Made by a program: the position numbers and the translations under genes. A stretch of 64,000 nucleotides of DNA from NCBI GenBank assembly GCA_951406725.2, contig OX597816.1:176948001-177012000 (forward strand), written 5' to 3'. The DNA is from Octopus vulgaris. Lineage: Eukaryota. The notes beneath the pieces are model-generated. The model worked only from the letters and a program-made list of their open reading frames with translations. It did not search any database and had not been told where the DNA came from. Numbering within the stretch: the stretch's first letter is position 1; every line of letters starts with the position of its first letter. Below are positions 39,639-50,602 of this stretch, one piece after another.

Positions 39639-40595
39639 TATAGAATTGTTTTTTTTTAATTAAACGGACAATGCACATTCTTATACATATTTCATTTGCC
39701 AACATTACAAAGAGGGTAGATATATAGACAGAGAGGTTAATTTCATCATTAAGAACATGGTGGTAGTGTGTTCTCCGGCTATAGATTTTTTATCACTGAG
39801 TTCACTTTGTTATTTAGATCTAACAGTTGGGAGGGGGTTTTCTATTCTTAATTTGAATGGAGACAAACAAGAATTTTTTTCTATTCATAGATAGAGAAAG
39901 GGGTAGTACAAATGTCAAATCCATTGTCATTTTGAGGAATTTAGTTTAGACATATTCAAATGTATTATAGCAAAAGCTAGTAGGCTGAAGTTAGTGGGGT
40001 AGGGAGAATAGAGACTACTAATGCTCTAGAGGTTTTCAATGTCCCTTACTATTTAACAGCCATAATTCTGTATTGTGAATTTTAAATATATATCCTTTAG
40101 ATAATTTTCCAAAGGATTCCAATAAATTTTAGTATTTTATATAGGGATAGAAAATATAGAAATCATTTCATATTTATATAAATATAGATGCATATCCATT
40201 TCACTTAATATAGAATCATAGTTAGTTAGTAAATAGTAATTTATTTTATTAATGAGTTAAATTAAAAGAATATGCTAGACAAAATATTTACTAACTGTGG
40301 GAGAAAAGACCGTATCAATTTAGCACATATATCAAGAGTCAATAAGATATATTAAAAAGTAATGGAAGGGAGGTAATCAAGATGAACCAAATAATTTCCC
40401 TAGATAAATAGAATTTTTTGCAATCCCATATAGGAGAGTATCAAAAAATTCTAATTTCACTATATTCAAATTTATTTATATAATAAAATTTCTTAGTAAT
40501 CTAAGCAGGTTAAATAAAAGCTAGTATGGTATATTAATTCCTTATGTGGCTACAAAATAATAAGATTTGAAAATTTAGGAATGGTTAGAATGTTA

Positions 40596-42896
40596 TTATT
40601 TAAAATAATTAAAGGTACGGGTGGCACAATGTATGCAGGATACTCCCAGTTCAGAACGGTTATTCAATAAGTTTGTATTATTCCTATGTTTCAAAATTTC
40701 ATATGTCTCCATAGAACAAAGTTTACATCCATCCCTACTATTTTTATAAGGCTGTGCCTTTCTTATTATATCCCGTTTTAGGTTAAATTTGATATTTTTT
40801 TCTTTCAGTTCCCAAATTTTACTGGACAGCATTGTGCAACCTGCCTTATGTTTAAGTCTAAAAGAAGAAAAATGATTGTTCAAATGTTTCTTTAGGTCTA
40901 TTGAACATCCAAAATAAAGATAGCTACTATTTAAAGTCATTATTGTACATTTATAAATTACATTTTGAACCAGACAACGACTAGATACCGGACATTTTGA
41001 TCTAATTCTACAATTAAAACTGGGGGGGGGAGGATTCCTGATATTAGTATTATTTAGGAACAAGCTGTTTTCATTTTCATTACTAGAGCTATTACTAGCA
41101 TTAGTGTTATTTCCCTTATCTATAATTATATTGTTATGTAAGTTAGGGTTGTTTGTTACTAATCTTTTCCTAATTTCATCACTTTCCACATTTTTATTAT
41201 TATCATTTATATTATTGATATTATTATTATTATTATTGTTTATGTTAATGTTATTATTATTATTATTATTATTATTATCATTATTATTGTTGTTACTATT
41301 TATTCCATTTCTGGCTAACTTAATATTTTTTCTATTTAGTCTAGCTATTATGGTACCCATACTTGAAAGAGTAGAGTATGATATTCTCACTGATTTGCTA
41401 GAAATTATTTTATGGGAAGCAGGGAAGTTTTTTTCTAGTATGGACATAAATTTGCCGTATATGTTTGTAGAAATTGATTAGTTGAAGGGAATATTTAGCC
41501 ATACAACATTTTTTCTTTTGAATTTTTTTATTTGAGTAAGGGTGGGAAAGATTAATGTTATCTATATCCTTTAGAGATTCATTATTCTCTTTAGTCTTAT
41601 AGTTATATTTATTAGGTCTTTTTATCAGTGGGAGGGATTTTTATATTATTATTTATATTTATTTTATCTAGCTTAACCTTTTTATACTTATTTATGACCT
41701 GTTTACCATTTCTATTTATTGTATTGGGTTTATATACTAGGTTACCCGTTTTGGTTGATTTATATTTTTTTAAAGTAGAAGATTCTATATTATTTGAGCT
41801 ATTTTCATTCATTTTTTCATTTGAAAGATTTATGTTATCAAGATCTAGGAAGGTGATTTCCTGGCCGTCTCCAGCTCCAGATAAAGCAACACTGTAATGA
41901 TGTGAGTGAGAATTAAAAATTTCATTGTTTGATGATAATTTTGAAATTCTGCTTGAAGTACTTTTCACTATCGATTTCAGTATATTAGGGGGGTGATTTG
42001 ATAATTTGTTTACATATCTAGTAACTTCACCATCTTAATATAAATTTGAATTTAAGTCTAAGGTAACATCTAGAAAGTTAACTATCTTAGTGTTATATTC
42101 ATAGGTGATGCCTAAATTGAAATCCTTGAAAAATCCACTAATTTTCTTCCTTATTCTCTCAATTATCGATTTATTATTACTAGGGAAGATAAATAATGCA
42201 TCATCCCTATATAAACCACCTTGTAATTCGGGGATCTCTCTACTTATGCATTTTAATAAATAAGTTCCTACTAAATTAGTTATCTCCACCGAATCACTAG
42301 AGCCCATGGGTATATCGAAATTATTTGGTCCACAATTTTCCCTCAAATTCAATGATAGTTTTTCTAGCTAGTAAAATATCAATTTCTTCTCTAGTTATGA
42401 GAGAGAGGTTTTTTGCGAAAATGAGTGATTTATTTAGGAGAATAGGGGATATGCTGGAATAGTAATTATTAATATCAAATTGGATGAAAGAATATCTGCT
42501 ATTATTATTTAAAGATTTAAACTAATTAATTACCTCATCTGTGTTAATCCATAATTTCAAGGGAAAGTTAGGGATTATATGGAGTAGAATATTGTCCAAA
42601 ATAGATTTACTAAGTCGGCCAATATCTGACTTAGTTGGGCATATGAGTCTTACAGAAGGGTTTTCACAGAAATTTTTCTTCTGGTCTTTAAGATTAATTT
42701 TAGGTTCACATGGTGTTAAAGGTTCTGTCCTATCGGCTAAATCGTATTTCATCATAACCTTTTCCATTTCTAAATTTATATCCCTCAGGTTCTTCTTTGT
42801 AGTTATTTTGTATCTCAAGTTCAGTTCTTTTCTAATAAGTTTACTGTATGTTGTATAATCAAGTCTATATAGGTTTCCAGTTTTATCAGCTGGCAA
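40596..42896 (-). pseudogene. PLE polyprotein (RT, Cys-rich linker, GIY-YIG endonuclease), disrupted
   Basis: PADKTGN..VRLICPTKSDIG..FIQFDI..FDIPMGSSDS.EI..LVG..GLYRDDAL..VNFLDVTLDL..NHPP; NCRIRSKCP..C..VIYKCTI..YFG..NHFSSF..CKLCSMETYEI..LNNRSEL..CIH. Confidence 0.92.
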
Positions 42897-42947
42897 ATGA
42901 AATAAGTATAAGAATGTGCATTGTCCGTTTAATGAAAAAATTCTATA

Positions 42948-43035
42948 TGTGGCTGAAGATTGCTCGACATTTTAAAACTGATGTCTTACTTACAGCATTT
43001 GATAAAATGAAGTAGCACGAAACAATTGTACTACA
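42948..43035 (+). ncRNA. Type I hammerhead ribozyme motif in the inverted PLE repeat
   Basis: TGTGG-CTGAAGA-T-TGCT-(49 nt including CATTTTA/TAAAATG)-AGCA-C-GAAAC-AATT-GTA-CTACA; stem I TGTGG/CTACA, palindromic stem III ACAATTGT, GUA triplet. Confidence 0.75.
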
Positions 43036-43065
43036 CTACCTTGGATATTCTTGTTGCTTATTTTG

Positions 43066-43107
<42 letters not shown>

Positions 43108-43131
43108 AACAAGGATGTACAGGTGTCAATA

Positions 43132-43214
43132 CATTATAGCTGTTTCAAGAGGCTCCACTTAATTGATTAATGAAAACATCACATCAATTTGAAAGAAACT
43201 GCTCTCTTCAGATG
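43132..43214 (-). ncRNA. Decayed hammerhead motif within a fold-back cassette (arms 43182-43259 and 43302-43376)
   Basis: Minus: CAT-CTGAAGA-GAG-(52 nt)-CTT-GAAAC-AGCT-ATA-ATG; a related intact 3' half GAAAC-AGCT-GTA lies at 43542-43553. Confidence 0.5.
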
Positions 43215-43376
43215 ACGACCATATAAATTTCAAACGTAAAGGATAAGCCATTTTTAACATCAATGATATAAACCAAAATACTGACAACGTAAATGTGAAT
43301 TTGTTAAAGATGGTTCATCCTTTATGTTTGAAATCTATATGGTCATCTGAAGAGAGCAGTTTCTTTCAAATTGATG

Positions 43377-43449
<73 letters not shown>

Positions 43450-43602
43450 TTTGCTTAGACATTGTGAAACTAATAACCTGGTTTAGAACTCAATATATAT
43501 ATATATGCTTTAGAACTAGAGTCCATTGCATGTTATTAGCAGAAACAGCTGTAAGCTAATGAAGTTCATATGACAATCATTTATTCCTTTGACATCCTGT
43601 TT

Positions 43603-43659
<57 letters not shown>

Positions 43660-43660
<1 letters not shown>

Positions 43661-44058
43661 TAGCAGTATCGCCCGGCGTTGCTCGGGTTTGTAAGGGAAA
43701 TAACTATATAAGCATTTTTAGAGAGTTATAGCCAAAAAATAGCAAAAAAATGCATTAAAAATTGAAAAAAAAATTAAGGTAATTTTTTTTTTAAATCGTT
43801 GACACATCGTAGATATTTTTAGAGAGTTACTTCCCTTATATAATAACGAAAAATATGCATTAAAATGGAAAAATATGATGGTAAATTTTTTTAAAATCGT
43901 AGACTCATCGTAGACGCGCGCTAATACCCAGAAGGGCTCGATATGAATCACGACTATAAGATACCCGCTTTTGGTTAAACTACACCGCAAAATGTGGGAG
44001 TAGTTACGAATCTAAATCGTAGGAGACAGACACACAACTTCACTCTTATATATAAAGA
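43660..44058 (-). mobile_element. Non-autonomous Helitron, copy 1
   Basis: Minus strand A|TC..CTAG|T with subterminal GC hairpin CCCGAGCAACGCCGGG about 8 nt before CTAG; no TSD. Confidence 0.85.
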
Positions 44059-44166
44059 TATAAGCCACGTAGTTATATACACATACTTTGTTATATACAC
44101 ATTCTTAAAAGAAAATGTTATTTTGAACACAACATTTACAAAGAATAAAATATTTTTTGGTTTTTC

Positions 44167-44999
44167 TTAACCCTTTCGTTACTATATTTCTGACCAAAAT
44201 ACACCCCTTATGTGTTTCAATTAATTTCTAACGTAATCATAAATTTAGTCTGGTTTCATTAAACAACTATAACTTTTTTATTTATGAATATATTAATCTG
44301 ATTTTTGGAAGATAATTTAGTGAAATGTTCTCAACCAATTCTATACTATAATTTTTGTCACAAAGTGACTCTAATTGCAGGTAGATACAGGTAAATTCAA
44401 CAATATATAAAATTATTAAAATTTTGTTCAAACATCGCTATAGAAAATGGGTTATTAGCTAATATTCAATTGGGTATACAACAAAATTTTACGATAGAAT
44501 TTGTTATTCTGGGTAACTTTCTAATACCCATAATAATATTTATGGCAAAATAGGCCTTAATTTCATTTAAGGTTGTGGGAAATAACAAACTATCGTTTCT
44601 TTCGCTTTGTTTAGGTTGAGATCAAATACCGCATGCTTTTTTTTTTCAGTCATAGAGTTAGATTTATGAAGGTCTTCAGTAGAAAATCCTTCGAATTCTG
44701 ACTCGCTGCTTGATATAATGAAATTCGTATCCATTTTTTGTCAGAATTACAAATTTTGGAAAAACACAATAGGAACAAATTTCGGAAAAAAATCTCCCAT
44801 AATTCACGGAATTAAAATTACACTTCGATTTTTGTACAAAACTGTAGTTGAACTGTTTACGAAGTATAATACGTGTTTTCACGAATGTTCTAAAGAGATT
44901 TACTCTGATATTCTCATTTAAATATGAATAGGTAAATTCGGGCGGCTTGGTCACATTAACCAAAATTTTTTTCGGGCGGTTTGGTAACGAAAGGGTTAA
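44167..44999. mobile_element. piggyBac-type non-autonomous element (825 bp), longer relative of MITE P1
   Basis: TTAA-CCCTTTCGTTAC..GTAACGAAAGGG-TTAA with perfect 12-bp TIR; subterminal TTCGGGCGG(C/T)TTGGT repeats; left end resembles 25424 onward. Confidence 0.9.
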
Positions 45000-45400
45000 A
45001 CGGATGCATACATTTATTAATAACTATATATAAGTGTCGTCTGTTTATACATAAACACTGTTTCATACTGCAATTATATATACATATATCTATATATAAT
45101 ATTATATAATAAAATATATACAGAGTAAAATAAAAACCAATTTACCTTTTCTGTATTGTTATTCGACCGTCCGTGTGTCTTTGCAAATGTGTTGGAATGA
45201 TAAGTGAGTTGTGTTTTGGCGCCTTTTTTTACTAATAACAAACACACACGTGTTTGTATGTAGTTGTTTGAAACGTTTGTGTTTGCCACTCTCATATATG
45301 TATGTGTATGCGTGTGTGTGAGGAATGACACACACACACTCACGCACGCACACATGTACATCAATGCTTTTATGAGCGTCATAGAGAGAAACAAATATTA

Positions 45401-45450
45401 CATCGCCATCGCCATAGCCATCGCCATCGCCATAGCCATCGCCATCGCAT
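45401..45450. repeat. (GCCATC/GCCATA)n hexamer with 18-bp higher-order period
   Basis: CATCGCCATCGCCATAGCCATCGCCATCGCCATAGCCATCGCCATCGCAT. Confidence 0.9.
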
Positions 45451-45759
45451 TCTATTTTCTACCTGTCAACACACAGTGAATTAGTTTCAGTTTATTCATT
45501 GCCCACTGTGTGTGTGCGTTTGCGTGTGGTGTAAACCAGACTAAGAAAAGCATTTGACACACACACCAGAATGTGAGTTTTCTGTAAATTTTGCTTAATT
45601 GGAGTTTAAATTTTAAAAACTGGACCTGGCATGACGCGATGCATTGTACTCTTAAAAATGCTAGGTAAATTGTAATTGAAGAAATCCTATATTGTAGATT
45701 TGTATAACTCCCAAAGGGAGGCAGATAAAATCTGCCTTTTATAATAAGAGATATATATA

Positions 45760-46226
45760 CTAGCAGTATCGCCCGGCGTTGCTCGGGTTTGTAAGGGAAA
45801 TAACTATATAAGCATTTTTAGAGATAGCCAAAAAATGCATTAAAAATGGAAAAAAAATGATGGTAAATTAAAAAAAAATCGTTGACTCATCGTAGACATT
45901 TTTAGAGAGTTACTTCCCTTATATAATAGCGAAAAAATGCATTAAAATGGAAAAAAATGATGGTAATTTTTTTTAAATCGTAGACATTTTTAGAGAGTTA
46001 CTTCCCTTATATAATAGCGAAAAAATGCATTAAAATGGAAAAAAATGATGGCAATTTTTTTTAAATCGTTGACTCATCGTAAACGCGCGCTAATACCCAG
46101 AAGGGCTCGATATGAATCACGACTATAAGATACCCAGCTTTGGTTAAACTGCACCGCAAAATGTGGGAGTAGTTAGGAATCTAAATCGTAGGAGACAGAC
46201 ACACAACCTCTTTTTTATATATAAAG

Positions 46227-46227
<1 letters not shown>
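45760..46227 (-). mobile_element. Non-autonomous Helitron, copy 2, with an internal duplication of about 88 bp
   Basis: Same CTAG, hairpin and TC termini as copy 1; the CGTAGACATTTTTAGAGAGTTACTTCCC.. block is duplicated. Confidence 0.85.
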
Positions 46228-46265
<38 letters not shown>

Positions 46266-46309
46266 GTAAATTGATCAAAATAAAATAAAAACATGATGCG
46301 AAGGATTCA

Positions 46310-46387
46310 GCGGTACATATGTTTCGGGCCTTTATTAGACAGATTTATAACAATGCATAATGTATGTCTGTGGCCTTCTTCAGCCGC
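46310..46387 (-). ncRNA. Type I hammerhead ribozyme motif in a (TA)n-flanked cassette (46266-46440)
   Basis: Minus: GCGG-CTGAAGA-A-GGCC-(41 nt including ACAGA/TCTGT)-GGCC-C-GAAAC-ATAT-GTA-CCGC; stem I GCGG/CCGC, palindromic stem III ACATATGT. Confidence 0.78.
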
Positions 46388-46445
46388 GCACAACAGCTTC
46401 CACAAGGACATGTGTTACATCAAAAATTCTTGGTTGGGGATATAT

Positions 46446-46545
46446 ATATGAATCACGACTATAAGATACCCAGCTTTGGTTAAACTGCACCGCAAAATGT
46501 GGGAGTAGTTAGGAATCTAAATCGTAGGAGACAGACACACAACCT

Positions 46546-46559
<14 letters not shown>
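46446..46559 (-). mobile_element. Duplicated Helitron 5' segment
   Basis: Matches 46110-46223 at offset 336 and carries copy-2 diagnostic bases. Confidence 0.85.
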
Positions 46560-46606
<47 letters not shown>

Positions 46607-46917
46607 AAGTTATATTTCTAAGATTGACAATTTCGTAATGTAACAGTACAGCGGGAAGTGAAAATAATTATGGCTCATTTAGTAAGACTCCTAAGTCAAT
46701 AGTGAAGGGTATAAGGTTTTCTATAAATTCCTCACAGATAATTAAACATGGTAAATATATCTCCTGTAACTTCAATACCTAATAATTTCTTCACAAGCTA
46801 ATTACATTGTGAGTAATTCATCATTAGTAAATTCACTATCACGCCAAATAGCATCGCTGGTAAATTAATCATCATTGTGCTTTTTATCTGCAAATTAAAT
46901 ACATCACTGAAGATCAT

Positions 46918-47130
46918 TTAACCCTCTAGCATTCAGATTACTCTGTCAACTGTAATAGTTATTTATTCAGATTGTTCTGAATTAATTATGTGCTAGCTTG
47001 CAAGTTCAACATTTTGATAATGTGATTTGTTTTATCTTGAGAATGACATTGTAATGTAGGTGCGAGAGGCTAGATTTAGCCAAAATGGGTAGAATATTTG
47101 GGCTGAATATATATGGCCAGTTTAAATGTT
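46918..47130. mobile_element. piggyBac-type MITE P2, right end truncated
   Basis: TTAACCCTCTAGCATTCAGATTACTCTGTC..GGCCAGTTTAAATG. Confidence 0.75.
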
Positions 47131-47312
47131 AACATCTGCTTTCCATGCTGGCATGGGTTTGACATAGAGCTGGCTATCAGAGAGCTGTCCACACTCTAGC
47201 TGTCTGCTGCATTTCATAAAGAAAAAACAACTGAAAGATCAAAAATTCTATCATAAGTGCTGGAAATTTCTAGAGATCTTGAAAAAGGAAAAAATAAATA
47301 AATAAAATGAAA

Positions 47313-47485
47313 CAGGCGCAGGAGTGGCTGTGTGGTAAGTAGTTTGTTTACCAACCACATGGTTCCGGGTTCAGTCCCACTGTGTGGCATCTTGGGCAAG
47401 TGTCTTCTGCTATAGCCCCGGGCCGACCAAAGCCTTGTGAGTGGATTTGGTAGACGGAAACTGAAAGAAGCCTGTCGTATATAAG

Positions 47486-47520
<35 letters not shown>

Positions 47521-47738
47521 TTGTGTGTCTGTGTTTGTCCCCCTAGCATCGCTTGACGACCGATGCTAGTGTGTTTATGTCCCCGTTACTTAGCGGTTTG
47601 GCAAAAGAGACCGATAGAATAAGTACTGGGCTTACAAAAGAATAAGTCCTGGGATCGAGTTGCTCGATTAAAGGCGGTGCTCCAGCATGGCCGCAGTCAA
47701 ATGACTTAAACAAGTAAAAGAGTAAAGAGTAAAGAGAG
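47313..47738 (+). mobile_element. SINE family A, full length
   Basis: Family consensus. Confidence 0.92.
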
Positions 47739-47969
47739 AGTTACTGAACAGTATATCACTATTGTCAAATTTCCTTAATACAGAAATAGATATTCGAAGA
47801 GTGCAGTGAGAATACATTGAACTGTTAAATAAATATCAGAATTATGAAATCCCGGATTATATAACACTGTTGTCTGAAATTTATCTTTGCCAAATGTTTC
47901 TACTTCCCTGTTGTCTTTTTTTATTTTCTGACAAGTTTTAAAAGTAATTCTTCTTTTTTTTCTCATATA

Positions 47970-48340
47970 GCTCTTTTATCTTTTACATGTTTCAGTCATT
48001 AGATTGTGGCCATGCTAGGGCACCATCTTGAAGAACTTTTAGTCAAATGAATCAGCCCCTGTACTTATTTTCTGTTAGAGGATGTAAACACACTAACACC
48101 AGTTGTCAAGTAGTAGTGGGGGACAAACAAAGATGCACACACACACATGCAAATATATATATATATATATATATATACAATGGCCTTTTTTCAGTATCTG
48201 TGTACCAAATTCACTCACAAAGCTTTGGTTGGTCCATGGCTCAGTAGAAGACACTTGCCCAAGTGCCAGCAGTGGAACTGAACCCAGAATTATGTGGTTG
48301 GGGGGCAAGTTTCTTACCACACAGCCATGCTTATGCCTAT
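47970..48340 (-). mobile_element. SINE family A, older copy
   Basis: Reverse complement of the consensus with deletions. Confidence 0.82.
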
Positions 48341-48882
48341 ATTGAATAAATTTGATAGTAATATTTTTAATTTTGTTGTAATTAAGCTATTGTTTGGAAC
48401 ACTAATTAACATGAAGTTTTAATGGAAGATTTCAATTCATATTATTTTAAAACATGAAATTTGTATCGTAGACTCGAGGTGGTCTAAGACAGGTTAGTAT
48501 CAAAAGGCTTAAAGGTGAATTAATTCAAACTCTTCAGATTGAACACACAGATAAGAGGGTCCAGTATTGTTTGCCTACTTTGGTCAATCTTTCTTAGTAG
48601 ACTTATATCTTAAGAGTGCATATTTAATAAATGTAAGTAGGATGATGTGAGAGTTGTAAGGCAGCTTAACTTTTTTTGTGAAATGAGTTTCTTATTTTGA
48701 TTTATAGAGATAAGTACTTAGAGATAAGCATCTATAATGCTAATCCTTTTGAAAAAGTCAGGAACATCATAAGTTCTTTCAGCTCTTCCCTAAACACAAA
48801 ATTGGAGACTGTTTTGTGTTGATATAGGTATGTGCCTTATATGTATTCACTTGGCCAGCTAAAAATAGGAACCAAATACTCT

Positions 48883-49111
48883 TTAACCTTTTAGCATTTA
48901 AACCAGCTACATCTGTCCAAAATATTCTATTTGTTTGATATTCAAACTGGCTAAATCCAGCCTCTCACAACCTACCCTATAATACCATATCAAAAGTAAA
49001 CTATCACATCACTGAAATCTCAAAGCTATGAAATAATGCTTAATTAATTTAAATCAATGTGAATAATTAAGCATTACATTTGACAGAATAATCTGAATGC
49101 TAAAAGGTTAA
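48883..49111. mobile_element. piggyBac-type MITE P2
   Basis: TTAA-CCTTTTAGCATT..AATGCTAAAAGG-TTAA, perfect 12-bp TIR. Confidence 0.85.
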
Positions 49112-49303
49112 ATTCTACCCCACTTTCTTTAAAACACATTGAATAATGAAGATGATCAGAATGTCTTGATCATAAATCTGCTCAGCCATAGCAACAACTA
49201 GATCTGGATTGTGATGGGGCAAAAAAAAAACACAAAAAAAAAACTATCAGGCAGGGCTGGAAATTAAAACTGTAAGATAACCAGATCCATAATACTAAAT
49301 CTC

Positions 49304-49688
49304 GTGGAGGCGCAATGGCCCAGTGATTAGGGCAGTGGACTCGCGGTCATAGGATCGCGGTTTCGATTCCCAGACCGGGCGTTGTGAGTGTTTATTGAGC
49401 GAAAACACCTAAAAGCTCCACGAGGCTCCGGCAGGGGATGGTGGTGATCCCTGCTGTACTCTTTCACCACAACTTTCTCTCACTCTTACTTCCTGTTTCT
49501 GTTGTACCTGTATTTCAAAGGGCCGGCCTTGTCACTCTCTGTGTCACGCTGAATATCCCCGAGAACTACGTTAAGGGTACACGTGTCTGTGGAGTGCTCA
49601 GCCACTTACACGTTAACTTCACGAGCAGGCTGTTCCGTTGATTCGGATCAACCGGAACCCTCATCGTCGTAACCGACGGAGTGCTTCC
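49304..49688 (+). mobile_element. SINE family B2 (young, CpG-rich; different tRNA head and body, tail B)
   Basis: A box TGGCCCAGTG and B-box-like GTTTCGATTCCC; from GTACCTGTATTTCAAAGGG onward it matches the B1 tail. Confidence 0.9.
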
Positions 49689-50219
49689 ATCCACTACTGG
49701 ATAGGCTTTTCCAATTCCATAACATTCAGCATTGTATACTTACACAACACTTGTTGATTTTATAGTGCTACCATTGGTTATTAAAAATTGATCTTGAGCC
49801 CAAGAGGGAGCATCTATGTAGTCATTTGATCTGCAAGAAATAGCAGCCAAATCTTTCTCAAATCAGAACCTAATGTTTTAAGAAAATGACAAAAATAAAA
49901 ATTAAAAAATGACCATGTGAACTTGGGTGTATAAAAAGACAGGGTTGTTATGAATGGAATATCTTTTACCATAGTTCTACACTGGCAACAGCAACCACTA
50001 CAACAACTAAGTCATCTGGGCTGTATTAGAGTTGTTGTCTTGCTCCAGACACAATGCAGTTTCCATTACAAGATATTCTAGAACTGACTTCTCAGTTGGT
50101 TTTCTGGTACTCTATCAACCCAATCATTTTACTTTTCATTTCCTAGCCTAGTCACTCTAGATCCTCTGATTATATATGATGTAAGCATAAGCACACACAC
50201 ACACAGAAACATAATTATA

Positions 50220-50602
50220 TATGCAGGCATGGCTGTGTGGCAAGAAGCTTGGTTCTTAACCACATGTTTCCAGGCTACTGTGTGGCCCCTTGGGCGAGTG
50301 TCTTTTACTATAGCCTTGGGCCGACCAAAGCTTTGTGAGTAGATTTGGTAGATGGAAACTGAAAGAAGCTCATTGTATGTGTGTGTGTGTGTGTCTGTGA
50401 TTGTCTCCTCATTACCTCTTGACAACCAGTGTTGGTGTGTTTATGTCCTACTGACTTAGTGGTTCTGCAAAAGAGAGCAATGGAATAAGTACTAGGCTTT
50501 AAAAAGAAAAAAGGTATGGGGTTAATTTGTTTGATAAAACCTTTGAAAGAGGTGCTCTAGCATGGCCACAGTCAAATGACTGAAATAAGTAAAAGAATAA
50601 AA
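50220..50602 (+). mobile_element. SINE family A, older copy
   Basis: Family consensus with divergence. Confidence 0.85.

Larger units (their letters stand above)
39420..43071 (-). mobile_element. Penelope-like retroelement, 5'-truncated, with an inverted terminal (pLTR) repeat, inserted in (TA)n
   Basis: RT and GIY-YIG ORF remnants on minus; 39515-39701 is the reverse complement of 42891-43071; (TA)n on both flanks. Confidence 0.92.

Noticed and set aside
41104-41481. Poly-Leu membrane-protein-like ORF on +
   Set aside because: Antisense shadow of the poly-Asn tract in the PLE ORF
49304-49380. tRNA gene
   Set aside because: No proper acceptor stem, 7-nt anticodon loop or poly-T terminator; continues into a SINE body shared with other copies
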